From positions 1-49,217 of the forward strand of contig JANMQL010000181.1 in assembly GCA_031370475.1 (NCBI GenBank): a DNA stretch of 49,217 nt, written 5' to 3'. A program made the position numbers and the translations under genes. Shown here one piece after another: positions 1-7,757 of this stretch. This DNA comes from Hyphomicrobiales bacterium (GTDB lineage: Bacteria; Pseudomonadota; Alphaproteobacteria; Rhizobiales; Aestuariivirgaceae). The notes below the pieces were generated by a model. That model did no database searches. It was not told the origin of the DNA and saw only the letters and a list, made by a program, of their open reading frames with translations. Every line of letters starts with the position of its first letter. Position 1 is the first letter of the stretch.

Positions 1-77
1 CGTCGTGTCCATGAACCGACGATCGTACCACCTGGGCCCGACGCGGCCTGTGCGCGCGGATACATTGAAAACATCAC

Positions 78-135
78 ATGCGCAGCGGCCGGACCTTCAT
101 CGGCATCAGCGGTTACGACTACCGGGGCTGGCGCG
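78..135 (+). pseudogene. N-terminal fragment of a DUF72-family (YecE-like) gene, cut off at a junction near nt 135
   Basis: MRSGRTFIGISGYDYRGWR resembles the IGxSGWxYxxW start of DUF72 proteins. After this the frame runs into antisense podJ sequence and loses any protein-like character. Confidence 0.5.
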
Positions 136-1689
136 ATGCACCGCCTCGAGCGTCTCCTGATTGCGCGATTCGGCGCTGGCGGCGGTCTCGGCAACGGCGC
201 GCAAACCGTCCTCGAGGGCCTGGAGCTCCGGCGATGGACCCAGGGCCGGAGACTGGGCCGGCGCCTGCCCGCCCATGATCCGCTCGGCCATGCGATTGGC
301 CGCATCCTCGGCGATCTCGCGGGCCATATTGCGGTTCTGATCGACGTTTTCGTAGAGCTGGGTGATGGCGCGCTCGATGGTCTCGAGATGGCCCAACTGC
401 TGCTCGGTGTGGGCGACGCGGTCGTTGACGGCGGCGAGCTGCTGTTCGAGGGCGGCCACGGCGCGGCCATTGTCGTTGGCGCTTACCGCATCGGTCAGCC
501 GCCGCTCAAGATCGGCGAAGCGGCGCTCGAGCTCGGTGAGCTGCGGCAGCTTGCGGGTCTCGAGCTGGGTCTTTTCCAGTTTTTCGGCGACATCGACGAG
601 GCGGCGGTCCATATCGGCCAGCGGCCGGAGATCGGGTCCTTGCGCGACGCGGGCCGACAATTGCTCGAAGGCGACGCGCAGCGCATGCACGTCGTGCTCC
701 GACGCGGTGTCGGCCTTCACATCGTCGATGCGCTGGTTGAGGCTGCCGATTTCGGCGCGCACGCGCTGCAATTCCGAGGCATTGCCGGTGCTGCTGTCGG
801 CGAGCGCGTTGTGGGCTTCCTTGAGGAGACCGAGAATGCGCGATTCAATGTCGTGCAGTTCCGACTGTGCGGCCTGCACCGCCGACGTCTTGGCCCTGTT
901 GGCGAAGGTTTCGGAAGCCTCGCGGACATGCTCCACCCGTTCGGCAAGCTGGCCCAGCTCCCTGCGCACCAGATCCGGCAGCGTCGTGCTGGCCACCGTC
1001 TCGGAACGCTCGACGCGCTTGGCCAATTCGTTCAGCCGGGTTTCGAGATCGTTGAAGGCGGGGGCCGATTGCCGCACGAGAGTGGATTCGGCGGCGCGCT
1101 GGGCCATGTCGCCCATCCGGTCCTGCATGGCCTTGAGCGATTCGCGGGTGCGTTTCTCGCTGACTTCGATGTGATCGACAATGTTGCGCAGCGCCGTTTC
1201 CAGGGCCTGATAACCGGGCACTTCATCGGGCTGGCGCGCCGCCGCCTGGGCAATCTGGCCGCCAAGCGCCGACAGGCGCTCGTCAACCGCCGACAGGGCA
1301 TCGGCCGTCTGCTGCTCATTGCTGTCGAGGCGGCTGAGGATGCGATTGAGCGATTCGACATCCTGGCGCTGCCGGCCGGGCTGCTCATAGGCGCGAATCG
1401 AGGCCGACTGCTGGTCGCGCTGGGCCAGACGGGTTAGTTGCTGGGCGATATCCTCGAGGCGGATGGTGGTGTCGTCCCGGCCGCCGGAGGGCTTCTCATC
1501 GGTGGAAAAATCTTTTGCCGCAGTCTCATGCTGGGACGTTGCAACCTTCTTTGCGCCGTCGGATTGGTCGAGAATCACCGAATTTAACCACTCGCCGAGG
1601 GTCATGCCGGATCGCCGGGCAGCGTCCTTTGCCGCCTCCCTTATGTCGGGATCGATGCCCTTCACACTCCACGGAATGCCCGGTTTCAT
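106..1689 (-). CDS. podJ: Polar organelle development protein PodJ-like, N-terminal coiled-coil part only, 3'-truncated
   Basis: N-terminus PWSVKGIDPDIREAAKDAARRSGMTLGEWLN is the PodJ signature, followed by long coiled-coil sequence. No transmembrane, Sel1 or PG-binding C-terminus; ends abruptly in LEAVH-RASPGSRNR. Confidence 0.85.
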   Translation of the reverse strand: MKPGIPWSVKGIDPDIREAAKDAARRSGMTLGEWLNSVILDQSDGAKKVATSQHETAAKDFSTDEKPSGGRDDTTIRLEDIAQQLTRLAQRDQQSASIRAYEQPGRQRQDVESLNRILSRLDSNEQQTADALSAVDERLSALGGQIAQAAARQPDEVPGYQALETALRNIVDHIEVSEKRTRESLKAMQDRMGDMAQRAAESTLVRQSAPAFNDLETRLNELAKRVERSETVASTTLPDLVRRELGQLAERVEHVREASETFANRAKTSAVQAAQSELHDIESRILGLLKEAHNALADSSTGNASELQRVRAEIGSLNQRIDDVKADTASEHDVHALRVAFEQLSARVAQGPDLRPLADMDRRLVDVAEKLEKTQLETRKLPQLTELERRFADLERRLTDAVSANDNGRAVAALEQQLAAVNDRVAHTEQQLGHLETIERAITQLYENVDQNRNMAREIAEDAANRMAERIMGGQAPAQSPALGPSPELQALEDGLRAVAETAASAESRNQETLEAVHRASPGSRNR

Positions 1690-1789
1690 TCAGTTTCTCT
1701 CTTTCCTGGGCCGCCCCTGCTTCCGGCTATAGGGCCGGCCAGGACGCACGGGCGGCGCGAAATCCCCTGCCTGAAAGTTAACGGGTTTG

Positions 1790-1805
1790 GTAAAGATTCA
1801 GTTAA
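1790..1805 (-). promoter_or_regulatory. Putative CtrA box upstream of podJ, containing a GANTC (CcrM) site
   Basis: Minus strand reads TTAA-CTGAATC-TTTAC, one mismatch to TTAA-N7-TTAAC; an extra GTTAAC lies at 1777-1782. Confidence 0.6.
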
Positions 1806-1907
1806 GCGGTTGATCCCCGGATGCAAATTGCCGATCCCGGACACGAGAAAGTGCCGCCATCGGGCAACCAAGACTGGCAGGGCGTTTGCATAAGCCCTTG
1901 TACAAGT

Positions 1908-1936
1908 TGACGCGGCGGATATATGTATCCGCGTCA
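1908..1936. promoter_or_regulatory. Inverted repeat upstream of the merR gene, candidate operator
   Basis: TGACGCGG-N13-CCGCGTCA, overlapping a TTGACG -35-like hexamer at 1907. Confidence 0.35.
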
Positions 1937-1975
1937 GCATCCGCCCATGAGGGCATTGTCTCGCTGGAGAAACAC

Positions 1976-2419
1976 ATGGCCGCAGCCGAACAGAAAGACC
2001 GCTCGAACCGGGATCGGACCTATTCGATCACCGAACTTTGCCGCGAATTCGACGTCACCCCGCGCACCCTCCGCTTCTACGAACAGAAAGGCCTGCTGCA
2101 TCCGGCACGGCGCGGCTGGACGCGCCTGTTCAGCTACCGCGACCGGGCCCGCCTGCAGCTCATCCTGCGTGGCAAGAAGGTCGGCTTCGCGCTGGAAGAG
2201 ATCAAGGAGATGCTCGATCTCTACAATCTGCGCGACGGCCAGCTGACGCAAATGCGCATCGCCTCGACCAAGATGCGCGAACGCCTCGAAGCCTTGCGCA
2301 AGCAGCGCATTGAACTGGAGGACGCCATCGCCGATCTGGAGCGTACCGTCGTGGTCATCGACGGCATGCTGAAGGAACGCGAAGCGGCGGCGGCGCCGAA
2401 ATCCGCCACCAGCGCCTAA
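1976..2419 (+). CDS. MerR-family transcriptional regulator (LiuR-like)
   Basis: YSITELCREFDVTPRTLRFYEQKGLLHP HTH, LILRGKKVGFALEEIKEMLDLY and a C-terminal coiled coil; GGAGA RBS before the ATG at 1976. Confidence 0.9.
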   Translation: MAAAEQKDRSNRDRTYSITELCREFDVTPRTLRFYEQKGLLHPARRGWTRLFSYRDRARLQLILRGKKVGFALEEIKEMLDLYNLRDGQLTQMRIASTKMRERLEALRKQRIELEDAIADLERTVVVIDGMLKEREAAAAPKSATSA

Positions 2420-2440
2420 CCCGCCAGACTTGCACAATCG

Positions 2441-2473
2441 ACGCGCCCCGGGTGATATGCTCGCCGGGCGCGT
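2441..2473 (+). terminator. GC-rich hairpin after merR, possible terminator
   Basis: ACGCGCCC(C)GG...CCGGGCGCGT followed by TTATATTTT. Confidence 0.35.
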
Positions 2474-2486
2474 TTATATTTTGTGG

Positions 2487-3359
2487 ATGGGGATGATTCC
2501 GGACCGGCCTCTCGCCTTCGACGGCAATCGCCTCGACCGCAGCGCCAACCGGCGCGGCGACGAGGCATGGCTTGCGGCATTGCTGGAAGCACCGGGCTCG
2601 CGATTCGTGCAGATCGATGCCGACCGCGCCGCCGTGGTGGATGGAAAGCTGCAAACCGGCCGCAATGCAAAGAGTTGCGAAAACTATTTGCTCGGGATCG
2701 ATGCGGGCGGCACGGCATGGTTCGCAAGCCGCGGCGATGCCACGGAAAACCTGCGCGACCTGCGTGGCCTGGCGGTCGAGGGACTTCTGCCCACCGATGA
2801 ACTCGCCCTTCTCGCCCAGGCCCGCTCGATCGTCCATTGGCACGAGCGCCACCGCTTCTGCGCCAATTGCGGCATGGCAACCGAAGTGAAGGATGCGGGC
2901 TACCGGCGCCGGTGCCCGGCCTGCTCGGCCGAGCATTTTCCACGCACCGATCCGGTGGTGATCATGGCGGTGCGCCACGGCGACTCGATCCTGCTCGGCC
3001 GTCAGTCGTCATGGCAGGCCGGCGTCTATTCGACTCTCGCCGGTTTCGTGGAGCCGGGCGAGACCATCGAGGCGGCCGCGGCGCGCGAAGTGCTGGAGGA
3101 ATCCGGCATCCGCTCCCATGCCTATCGCTATGTGGCGAGCCAGCCCTGGCCGTTTCCCTCGAGCCTGATGATCGGGCTCGTCGGCGAGGCGCTCGACCGC
3201 GATATCCGCATCGATGCACGCGAACTCGAGGATGCGCGCTGGTTTGGCCGCGCCGAAGTGGACGACATGCTCAACGGCACCCATGAGAACGGCCTCAGGG
3301 CGCCGCCGCCCATGGCCATCGCCCACCGGCTCATGCGGCTGGCGTTTCAGCCGCCCTGA
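2487..3359 (+). CDS. nudC: NAD(+) diphosphatase NudC
   Basis: Zn ribbon HRFCANCG...RRCPAC, FPRTDPVVIM, Nudix box GFVEPGETIEAAAAREVLEESG, and SQPWPFPSS signature. Start could be 2487 or 2493. Confidence 0.95.
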   Translation: MGMIPDRPLAFDGNRLDRSANRRGDEAWLAALLEAPGSRFVQIDADRAAVVDGKLQTGRNAKSCENYLLGIDAGGTAWFASRGDATENLRDLRGLAVEGLLPTDELALLAQARSIVHWHERHRFCANCGMATEVKDAGYRRRCPACSAEHFPRTDPVVIMAVRHGDSILLGRQSSWQAGVYSTLAGFVEPGETIEAAAAREVLEESGIRSHAYRYVASQPWPFPSSLMIGLVGEALDRDIRIDARELEDARWFGRAEVDDMLNGTHENGLRAPPPMAIAHRLMRLAFQPP

Positions 3360-4216
3360 TCGGGCTGCATCATGCGCGCCAGTTCGGCGCGGAAGGGGCT
3401 GGCCTTGTAGACACCGAGCACACGCAGATGAGTGGTGAAGAATTCCAGCTCCTCCAGCGCCAGGCGGACATTGCGCTCGGAGGGGTGGCCCTCGATATCG
3501 GCATAGAACTGGGTGGCCGAGAACTGGCCCTCGAGCTGGTAGGATTCGAGCTTGGTCATGTTGACGCCGTTGGTGGCGAAGCCGCCCATGGCCTTGTAGA
3601 GGGCGGCCGGCACGTTGCGCACCCGGAAGACGAAGCTCGTCACCACCGGCCCGTCCTCGGGCCCGGCATCCTGCGGGGCGGCCGACAGAACCACGAAGCG
3701 GGTGGTGTTGTGTTCCTCGTCCTCGATGTCGCGGCGGATCACTTGCAGCCCGTAGATTTCGGCGGCCAGCGCCGTGGCGATGACGGCGCGCGTCTTGTCC
3801 TTGATCTCGGACAGCTCGCGCGCCGCTCCCGCCGTGTCGGCGGCCACCACCGGCTTGAGCTTCATTTCGCGGATCACCTTGCGGCATTGACCGAGCGCAT
3901 GCACATGGCTGTGCACGGTTCCGATCGCCGCTGGATCGGCGCCCGGCAGCGCCAGCAATTGATGGTGCACGCGCAGGAAGTGCTCGCCGGCGATATAGAG
4001 ATTGGAACGCGGCATCAGGTGGTGGATGTCGGCGACGCGGCCGGCGACCGAATTATCGATGGGGATCATGGCCAGCGCCACCGCGCCATCCTTCACCGCC
4101 TGGAAGGCATCCTCGAAGGTGCCGCAGGCCAGGGGCTCGTGCCGCGGAAACGCTTCGCGGCAGGCGATATGGGAATTGGCTCCGGCTTCGCCCTGGTAGG
4201 CGATCTTCGATGTCAT
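3347..4216 (-). CDS. pheA: Prephenate dehydratase
   Basis: IAYQGEAGANS, IPIDNSVAG, NTTRF motif and ACT domain NMTKLES. Confidence 0.95.
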   Translation of the reverse strand: MTSKIAYQGEAGANSHIACREAFPRHEPLACGTFEDAFQAVKDGAVALAMIPIDNSVAGRVADIHHLMPRSNLYIAGEHFLRVHHQLLALPGADPAAIGTVHSHVHALGQCRKVIREMKLKPVVAADTAGAARELSEIKDKTRAVIATALAAEIYGLQVIRRDIEDEEHNTTRFVVLSAAPQDAGPEDGPVVTSFVFRVRNVPAALYKAMGGFATNGVNMTKLESYQLEGQFSATQFYADIEGHPSERNVRLALEELEFFTTHLRVLGVYKASPFRAELARMMQPDQGG

Positions 4217-4962
4217 GGCGCGGTCCTCAGCAACTGGCGGGCGATCTCAAGCTCGGCCGCTGTATCGACGCCGAGCGGCACGGTGTCAACGCGGACCACG
4301 GCAATCTTCATGCCATGGTCGAGAGCCCGCATCTGTTCGAGCCGGCGTTCTTCTTCGTGCCGGCTCACCGGCAGGGCGACGAAGCGCTCAAGCGCTTCGC
4401 GGCGATAGGCATAGAGACCGATGTGGTGCCAGTAGGGCGGCTCATGTTCGGGACCGATTAGGCGGACGAAATCGCGGGCGAAGGCCACTTCGCGCTCGCC
4501 GCTCAAGGCCGCGATGGCCTTGACGATATTGGGATTGGCGACATCGGCTTGATCGGCGATCGGGGCGGCGATGGTCGAAATGTCGACCGCCTCGTTGAGC
4601 AGGCCCGCCAGGCAGCGCTGGATGGACAGGGGATCGATCACCGGCAGGTCGCCCTGCAGATTGAGGACGTACTCATATTTGCCGCGAGGATCGCGCAGGC
4701 CGAGCGCCGCTGCGATGCGGTCGGAACCGGAGGGCAGGTTCGGATCGGTGACGATGGCGTCGCCGCCATGGGCCCTGACCACCTCGGCGATCTCGTTCTC
4801 CGCCACGGCGACGAGCACCTGGCCGACCTTGGCTTCCACGGCCCGCTTCCAGACCTGGACGATCATCGGCAGACCGCAAATATCGGCCAGGGGTTTGCCG
4901 GGAAGCCTGGTCGAGGCCATGCGAGCGGGGATGACGACGATGGTATTGTGGTGTTCAATCAT
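4213..4962 (-). CDS. kdsB: 3-deoxy-manno-octulosonate cytidylyltransferase
   Basis: IPARMASTRLPGKPL, SGSDRI, NLQGD, HIGLYAY, LEQMRAL and GVDT motifs. Confidence 0.95.
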   Translation of the reverse strand: MIEHHNTIVVIPARMASTRLPGKPLADICGLPMIVQVWKRAVEAKVGQVLVAVAENEIAEVVRAHGGDAIVTDPNLPSGSDRIAAALGLRDPRGKYEYVLNLQGDLPVIDPLSIQRCLAGLLNEAVDISTIAAPIADQADVANPNIVKAIAALSGEREVAFARDFVRLIGPEHEPPYWHHIGLYAYRREALERFVALPVSRHEEERRLEQMRALDHGMKIAVVRVDTVPLGVDTAAELEIARQLLRTAP

Positions 4963-5049
4963 GGGCTTGGGTGAGGGCGCGGCAAATTGCTCAGGACTGT
5001 CTTATACGTATTGCGGTGCTGTCGAGAAACAATTAGTTTCCGCGCCGAT

Positions 5050-5167
5050 CTAGCGCATATCCCGCCAAAGTGCGACGCACTTTGGCGACAAGGATATGCG
5101 CTAGCAATTGAATCTGGAGCATGTCCTAATCGGCGAAGCGATTCCACTTCGCCGTGACATGCTCTGA
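5050..5167. repeat. Palindromic intergenic element (BRU-RS/RIME-like), two stem-loops
   Basis: CTAGCGCATATCC-CGCCAAAGTGCG-A-CGCACTTTGGCG-ACAA-GGATATGCGCTAG (5050-5104), then GAGCATGTC...CGGCGAAG...CTTCGCCG..GACATGCTC (5117-5164). Confidence 0.8.
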
Positions 5168-5188
5168 AGGCAGGGGGCGGAAGGCTCG

Positions 5189-5737
5189 ATGGATAGCTTT
5201 GAATTCAACAAGATGGCGGGCGCGGTGCTGGGCACGGCGCTGGTGGTGTTCGGGCTCAAAGAGCTTGCCGGAGCGATTTACCATTCGCCGGCGCCAGAGA
5301 AACCCGGCTTTGCCATCGAAGTTGCGGAAGCGGCAACCGGCGGCGAAGCCACCGGCGGCGGCGAGACGGCGGCGGTTTCGCTGGGCACGCTGCTGGCCTC
5401 GGCCGATGCAACCAAGGGTGCGGCGGCGGCCAAGACCTGCGCGGCCTGCCACGATTTCACCAAGGGCGGGCCGAACAAGGTGGGCCCCAATCTGTGGGAC
5501 GTGGTCGAGCGCGCCCCCGGCAGCCATGAGGGTTTCAGCTATTCCGACGCCATGAAGGCCAAGTCGGGCGAAAAATGGACCTATGAGGCGCTCAACCAAT
5601 TCATCACAGCGCCCAAGGAAGCGGTGCCCGGCACCAAGATGGGTTTCGGCGGCGTCAAGAAGGATCAGACGCGGGCCGACCTGCTCGCCTATCTGGCGAC
5701 GCTTTCGGACGCGCCGAAGCCCTTCCCCGCCCCGTAA
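5189..5737 (+). CDS. cycM: Membrane-anchored cytochrome c (CycM/cy type)
   Basis: MDSFEFNKMAGAVL anchor, CAACH heme motif, GPNLWDVV and PGTKM axial Met. Confidence 0.9.
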   Translation: MDSFEFNKMAGAVLGTALVVFGLKELAGAIYHSPAPEKPGFAIEVAEAATGGEATGGGETAAVSLGTLLASADATKGAAAAKTCAACHDFTKGGPNKVGPNLWDVVERAPGSHEGFSYSDAMKAKSGEKWTYEALNQFITAPKEAVPGTKMGFGGVKKDQTRADLLAYLATLSDAPKPFPAP

Positions 5738-5761
5738 AGGCCGCAAAGCCTACGCAGATTT

Positions 5762-5846
5762 AACACCGGCAAAATGCTTGGAGCATGTTCTTGTCGCCAA
5801 AGTGCGCGCACTTTGGCGGAACATGCTTTTGCCGGTGTTTTCTTTT
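5762..5846 (+). terminator. Intrinsic terminator of the cytochrome c gene, with a repeat element in its loop
   Basis: Perfect 13-bp arms AACACCGGCAAAA (5762-5774) and TTTTGCCGGTGTT (5827-5839), followed by TTCTTTT. Confidence 0.65.
5780..5828. repeat. Second, partial copy of the palindromic element, inverted relative to 5050-5104
   Basis: GCATGTTCTTGTCGCCAAAGTGCGCGCACTTTGGCGGAACATGC aligns with the reverse complement of 5054-5099, with compensatory changes. Confidence 0.8.
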
Positions 5847-5900
5847 GGCCGCACAAATGCGTATCTATAGCGGCGAATCAGAGACGGAGAATTCCCACCC

Positions 5901-7757
5901 ATGAAGCTCTCCCGCCGCAGCCTCCTCAAGCTGGCAGGCATTCCGCCGCTGGCCAAGATCGTGGGGGTGCAGCTTGCCCACGCCGAGGACCGCGAGTTCC
6001 ACCATGCGCTGACGCTGTTCGACGACATCAAGTACGCGCCTGACTTCCAGCATTTCGATTATGTGAACCCTGCCGCACCGAAGGGCGGGCGGGTGCGCTT
6101 CAGCATGGTCGGTTCCTTCGACAACCTCAATCCCTACACATTCAAGGGCGAGACCGGGCCCGGCGCTTCGAACGAAACCTTGCTGACATCGTCGCTGGAC
6201 GAGCCATCGACGGAATACGGGCTCGCCGCCGCCCAGGTCTGGCATCCGGAAGACCGCTCCATGGTGGTCTACCGGCTCAGGCCGGAGGCGCGTTTTCACG
6301 ACGGCAAGGCGATGACACCTGAAGACGTCATCTGGAGCATGCAAGCCCTGCGCGATGCCCATCCCTTCTACAATTCCTATTACAAGAACATCGCCACGGC
6401 CGAGCAGACGGGCGACCATGAAGTGGCCTTCGTCTTCTCGCAGAAGGGCAACCGCGAATTGCCGCTGATCACCGGCCAGTTGCCGGTACTGCCCAAGCAC
6501 TGGTGGACCGGCAGCGATGCTTCGGGACGCCCCCGCAATATTCAGGAGACGACGCTGGAAGTGCCGCTCGGATCGGGCGCCTACAAGGTCGTTGATGTGA
6601 AGCCCGGCGCCTCGCTGCTGCTCAGGCGGGTCGACGACTACTGGGGCAAGGACCTGCCGGTCAATCTCGGCCAGAATAATTTCGACGAGATCGAATATAT
6701 CTATTTCCGCGACGCCAATGTGATCATCGAGGCCTTCAAGGGCGACCAGTATGACTGGCGCACCGAGACCAGTTCCAAGGCCTGGGCCACCGCCTATGAT
6801 TTCCCGGCCGTCAAGGACGGCCGCGTCGTCAAGGAGGAAATCCACCTCAAACAGGTGGAAGGCATGCAGAGCTGGGCCTTCAATTTGAGGCGGGAGAAAT
6901 TCCAGGACGCGCGGGTCAGGCGCGCTTTCAACTACGCCTTCGATTTCGAATGGTCGAATACCAATCTGTTCTATGGCCAATACACGCGCTCGCGCAGCTA
7001 TTTCAACAATTCCGAGATGGAGGCCAAGGGGCTTCCCTCGCCCGAAGAATTGGCGATCCTCGAGCCGCTCGGGGATCAGATACCGGCGGAGGTATTCACC
7101 GCCGAATATGCCAACCCAGTCAATGCCGATGCAAAGGAGCGCCGCAAAAATCTGCGCGAGGCGGCGAAGCTCCTGGACGAGGCCGGCTGGAAGGTGACGC
7201 AGGACGGCGGCAAGTCGGTGTTGAAGAATGCCAAGGGCGAGACGCTTGCCGTCGAATTTCTGCTCGACTCGCCGCTGTTCGAGCGCATCGCCCTGCCCTA
7301 TCAGCAGCAGCTCGAACTGCTCGGCATCGGCGTCACGATCAAGACCATCGATAGCGCCCAGTACGAGCGCCGCACCCAGACCTTCGATTACGACATCGTG
7401 GTGGGAAGCTGGGGCCAATCGCTGTCGCCCGGCAACGAGCAGCGCGATTTCTGGGGCAGCGCAGCAGCGGACAAGAACGGCAGCCGTAATCTGATCGGCG
7501 TCAAGAATGCGGCGATCGACAAGCTCATCGATACGATCATTTTCGCCAGGGACCGTAAGGGCCTGATCGCCGCCTGCAAGGCATTGGACCGGATGCTGAT
7601 CTGGAATCATTTCGTGGTGCCCATGTGGTTCATCCCCTTTGAGCGCACGGCGCGCTGGGATCGTTTCGGCAGGCCGGACAAGCTGCCCGACTATTCGACG
7701 GGCTTTCCATCGATCTGGTGGTGGGACGCGGAACGGGCCGCGAAGGTCAAGGGTTGA
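5901..7757 (+). CDS. yejA: Peptide ABC transporter substrate-binding protein, YejA-like copy 1 (Tat signal)
   Basis: HFDYVNPAAPKGG, GSFDNLNPY, PLGSGAY and AFDFEWSN; twin-arginine leader SRRSLLK. Confidence 0.9.
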   Translation: MKLSRRSLLKLAGIPPLAKIVGVQLAHAEDREFHHALTLFDDIKYAPDFQHFDYVNPAAPKGGRVRFSMVGSFDNLNPYTFKGETGPGASNETLLTSSLDEPSTEYGLAAAQVWHPEDRSMVVYRLRPEARFHDGKAMTPEDVIWSMQALRDAHPFYNSYYKNIATAEQTGDHEVAFVFSQKGNRELPLITGQLPVLPKHWWTGSDASGRPRNIQETTLEVPLGSGAYKVVDVKPGASLLLRRVDDYWGKDLPVNLGQNNFDEIEYIYFRDANVIIEAFKGDQYDWRTETSSKAWATAYDFPAVKDGRVVKEEIHLKQVEGMQSWAFNLRREKFQDARVRRAFNYAFDFEWSNTNLFYGQYTRSRSYFNNSEMEAKGLPSPEELAILEPLGDQIPAEVFTAEYANPVNADAKERRKNLREAAKLLDEAGWKVTQDGGKSVLKNAKGETLAVEFLLDSPLFERIALPYQQQLELLGIGVTIKTIDSAQYERRTQTFDYDIVVGSWGQSLSPGNEQRDFWGSAAADKNGSRNLIGVKNAAIDKLIDTIIFARDRKGLIAACKALDRMLIWNHFVVPMWFIPFERTARWDRFGRPDKLPDYSTGFPSIWWWDAERAAKVKG

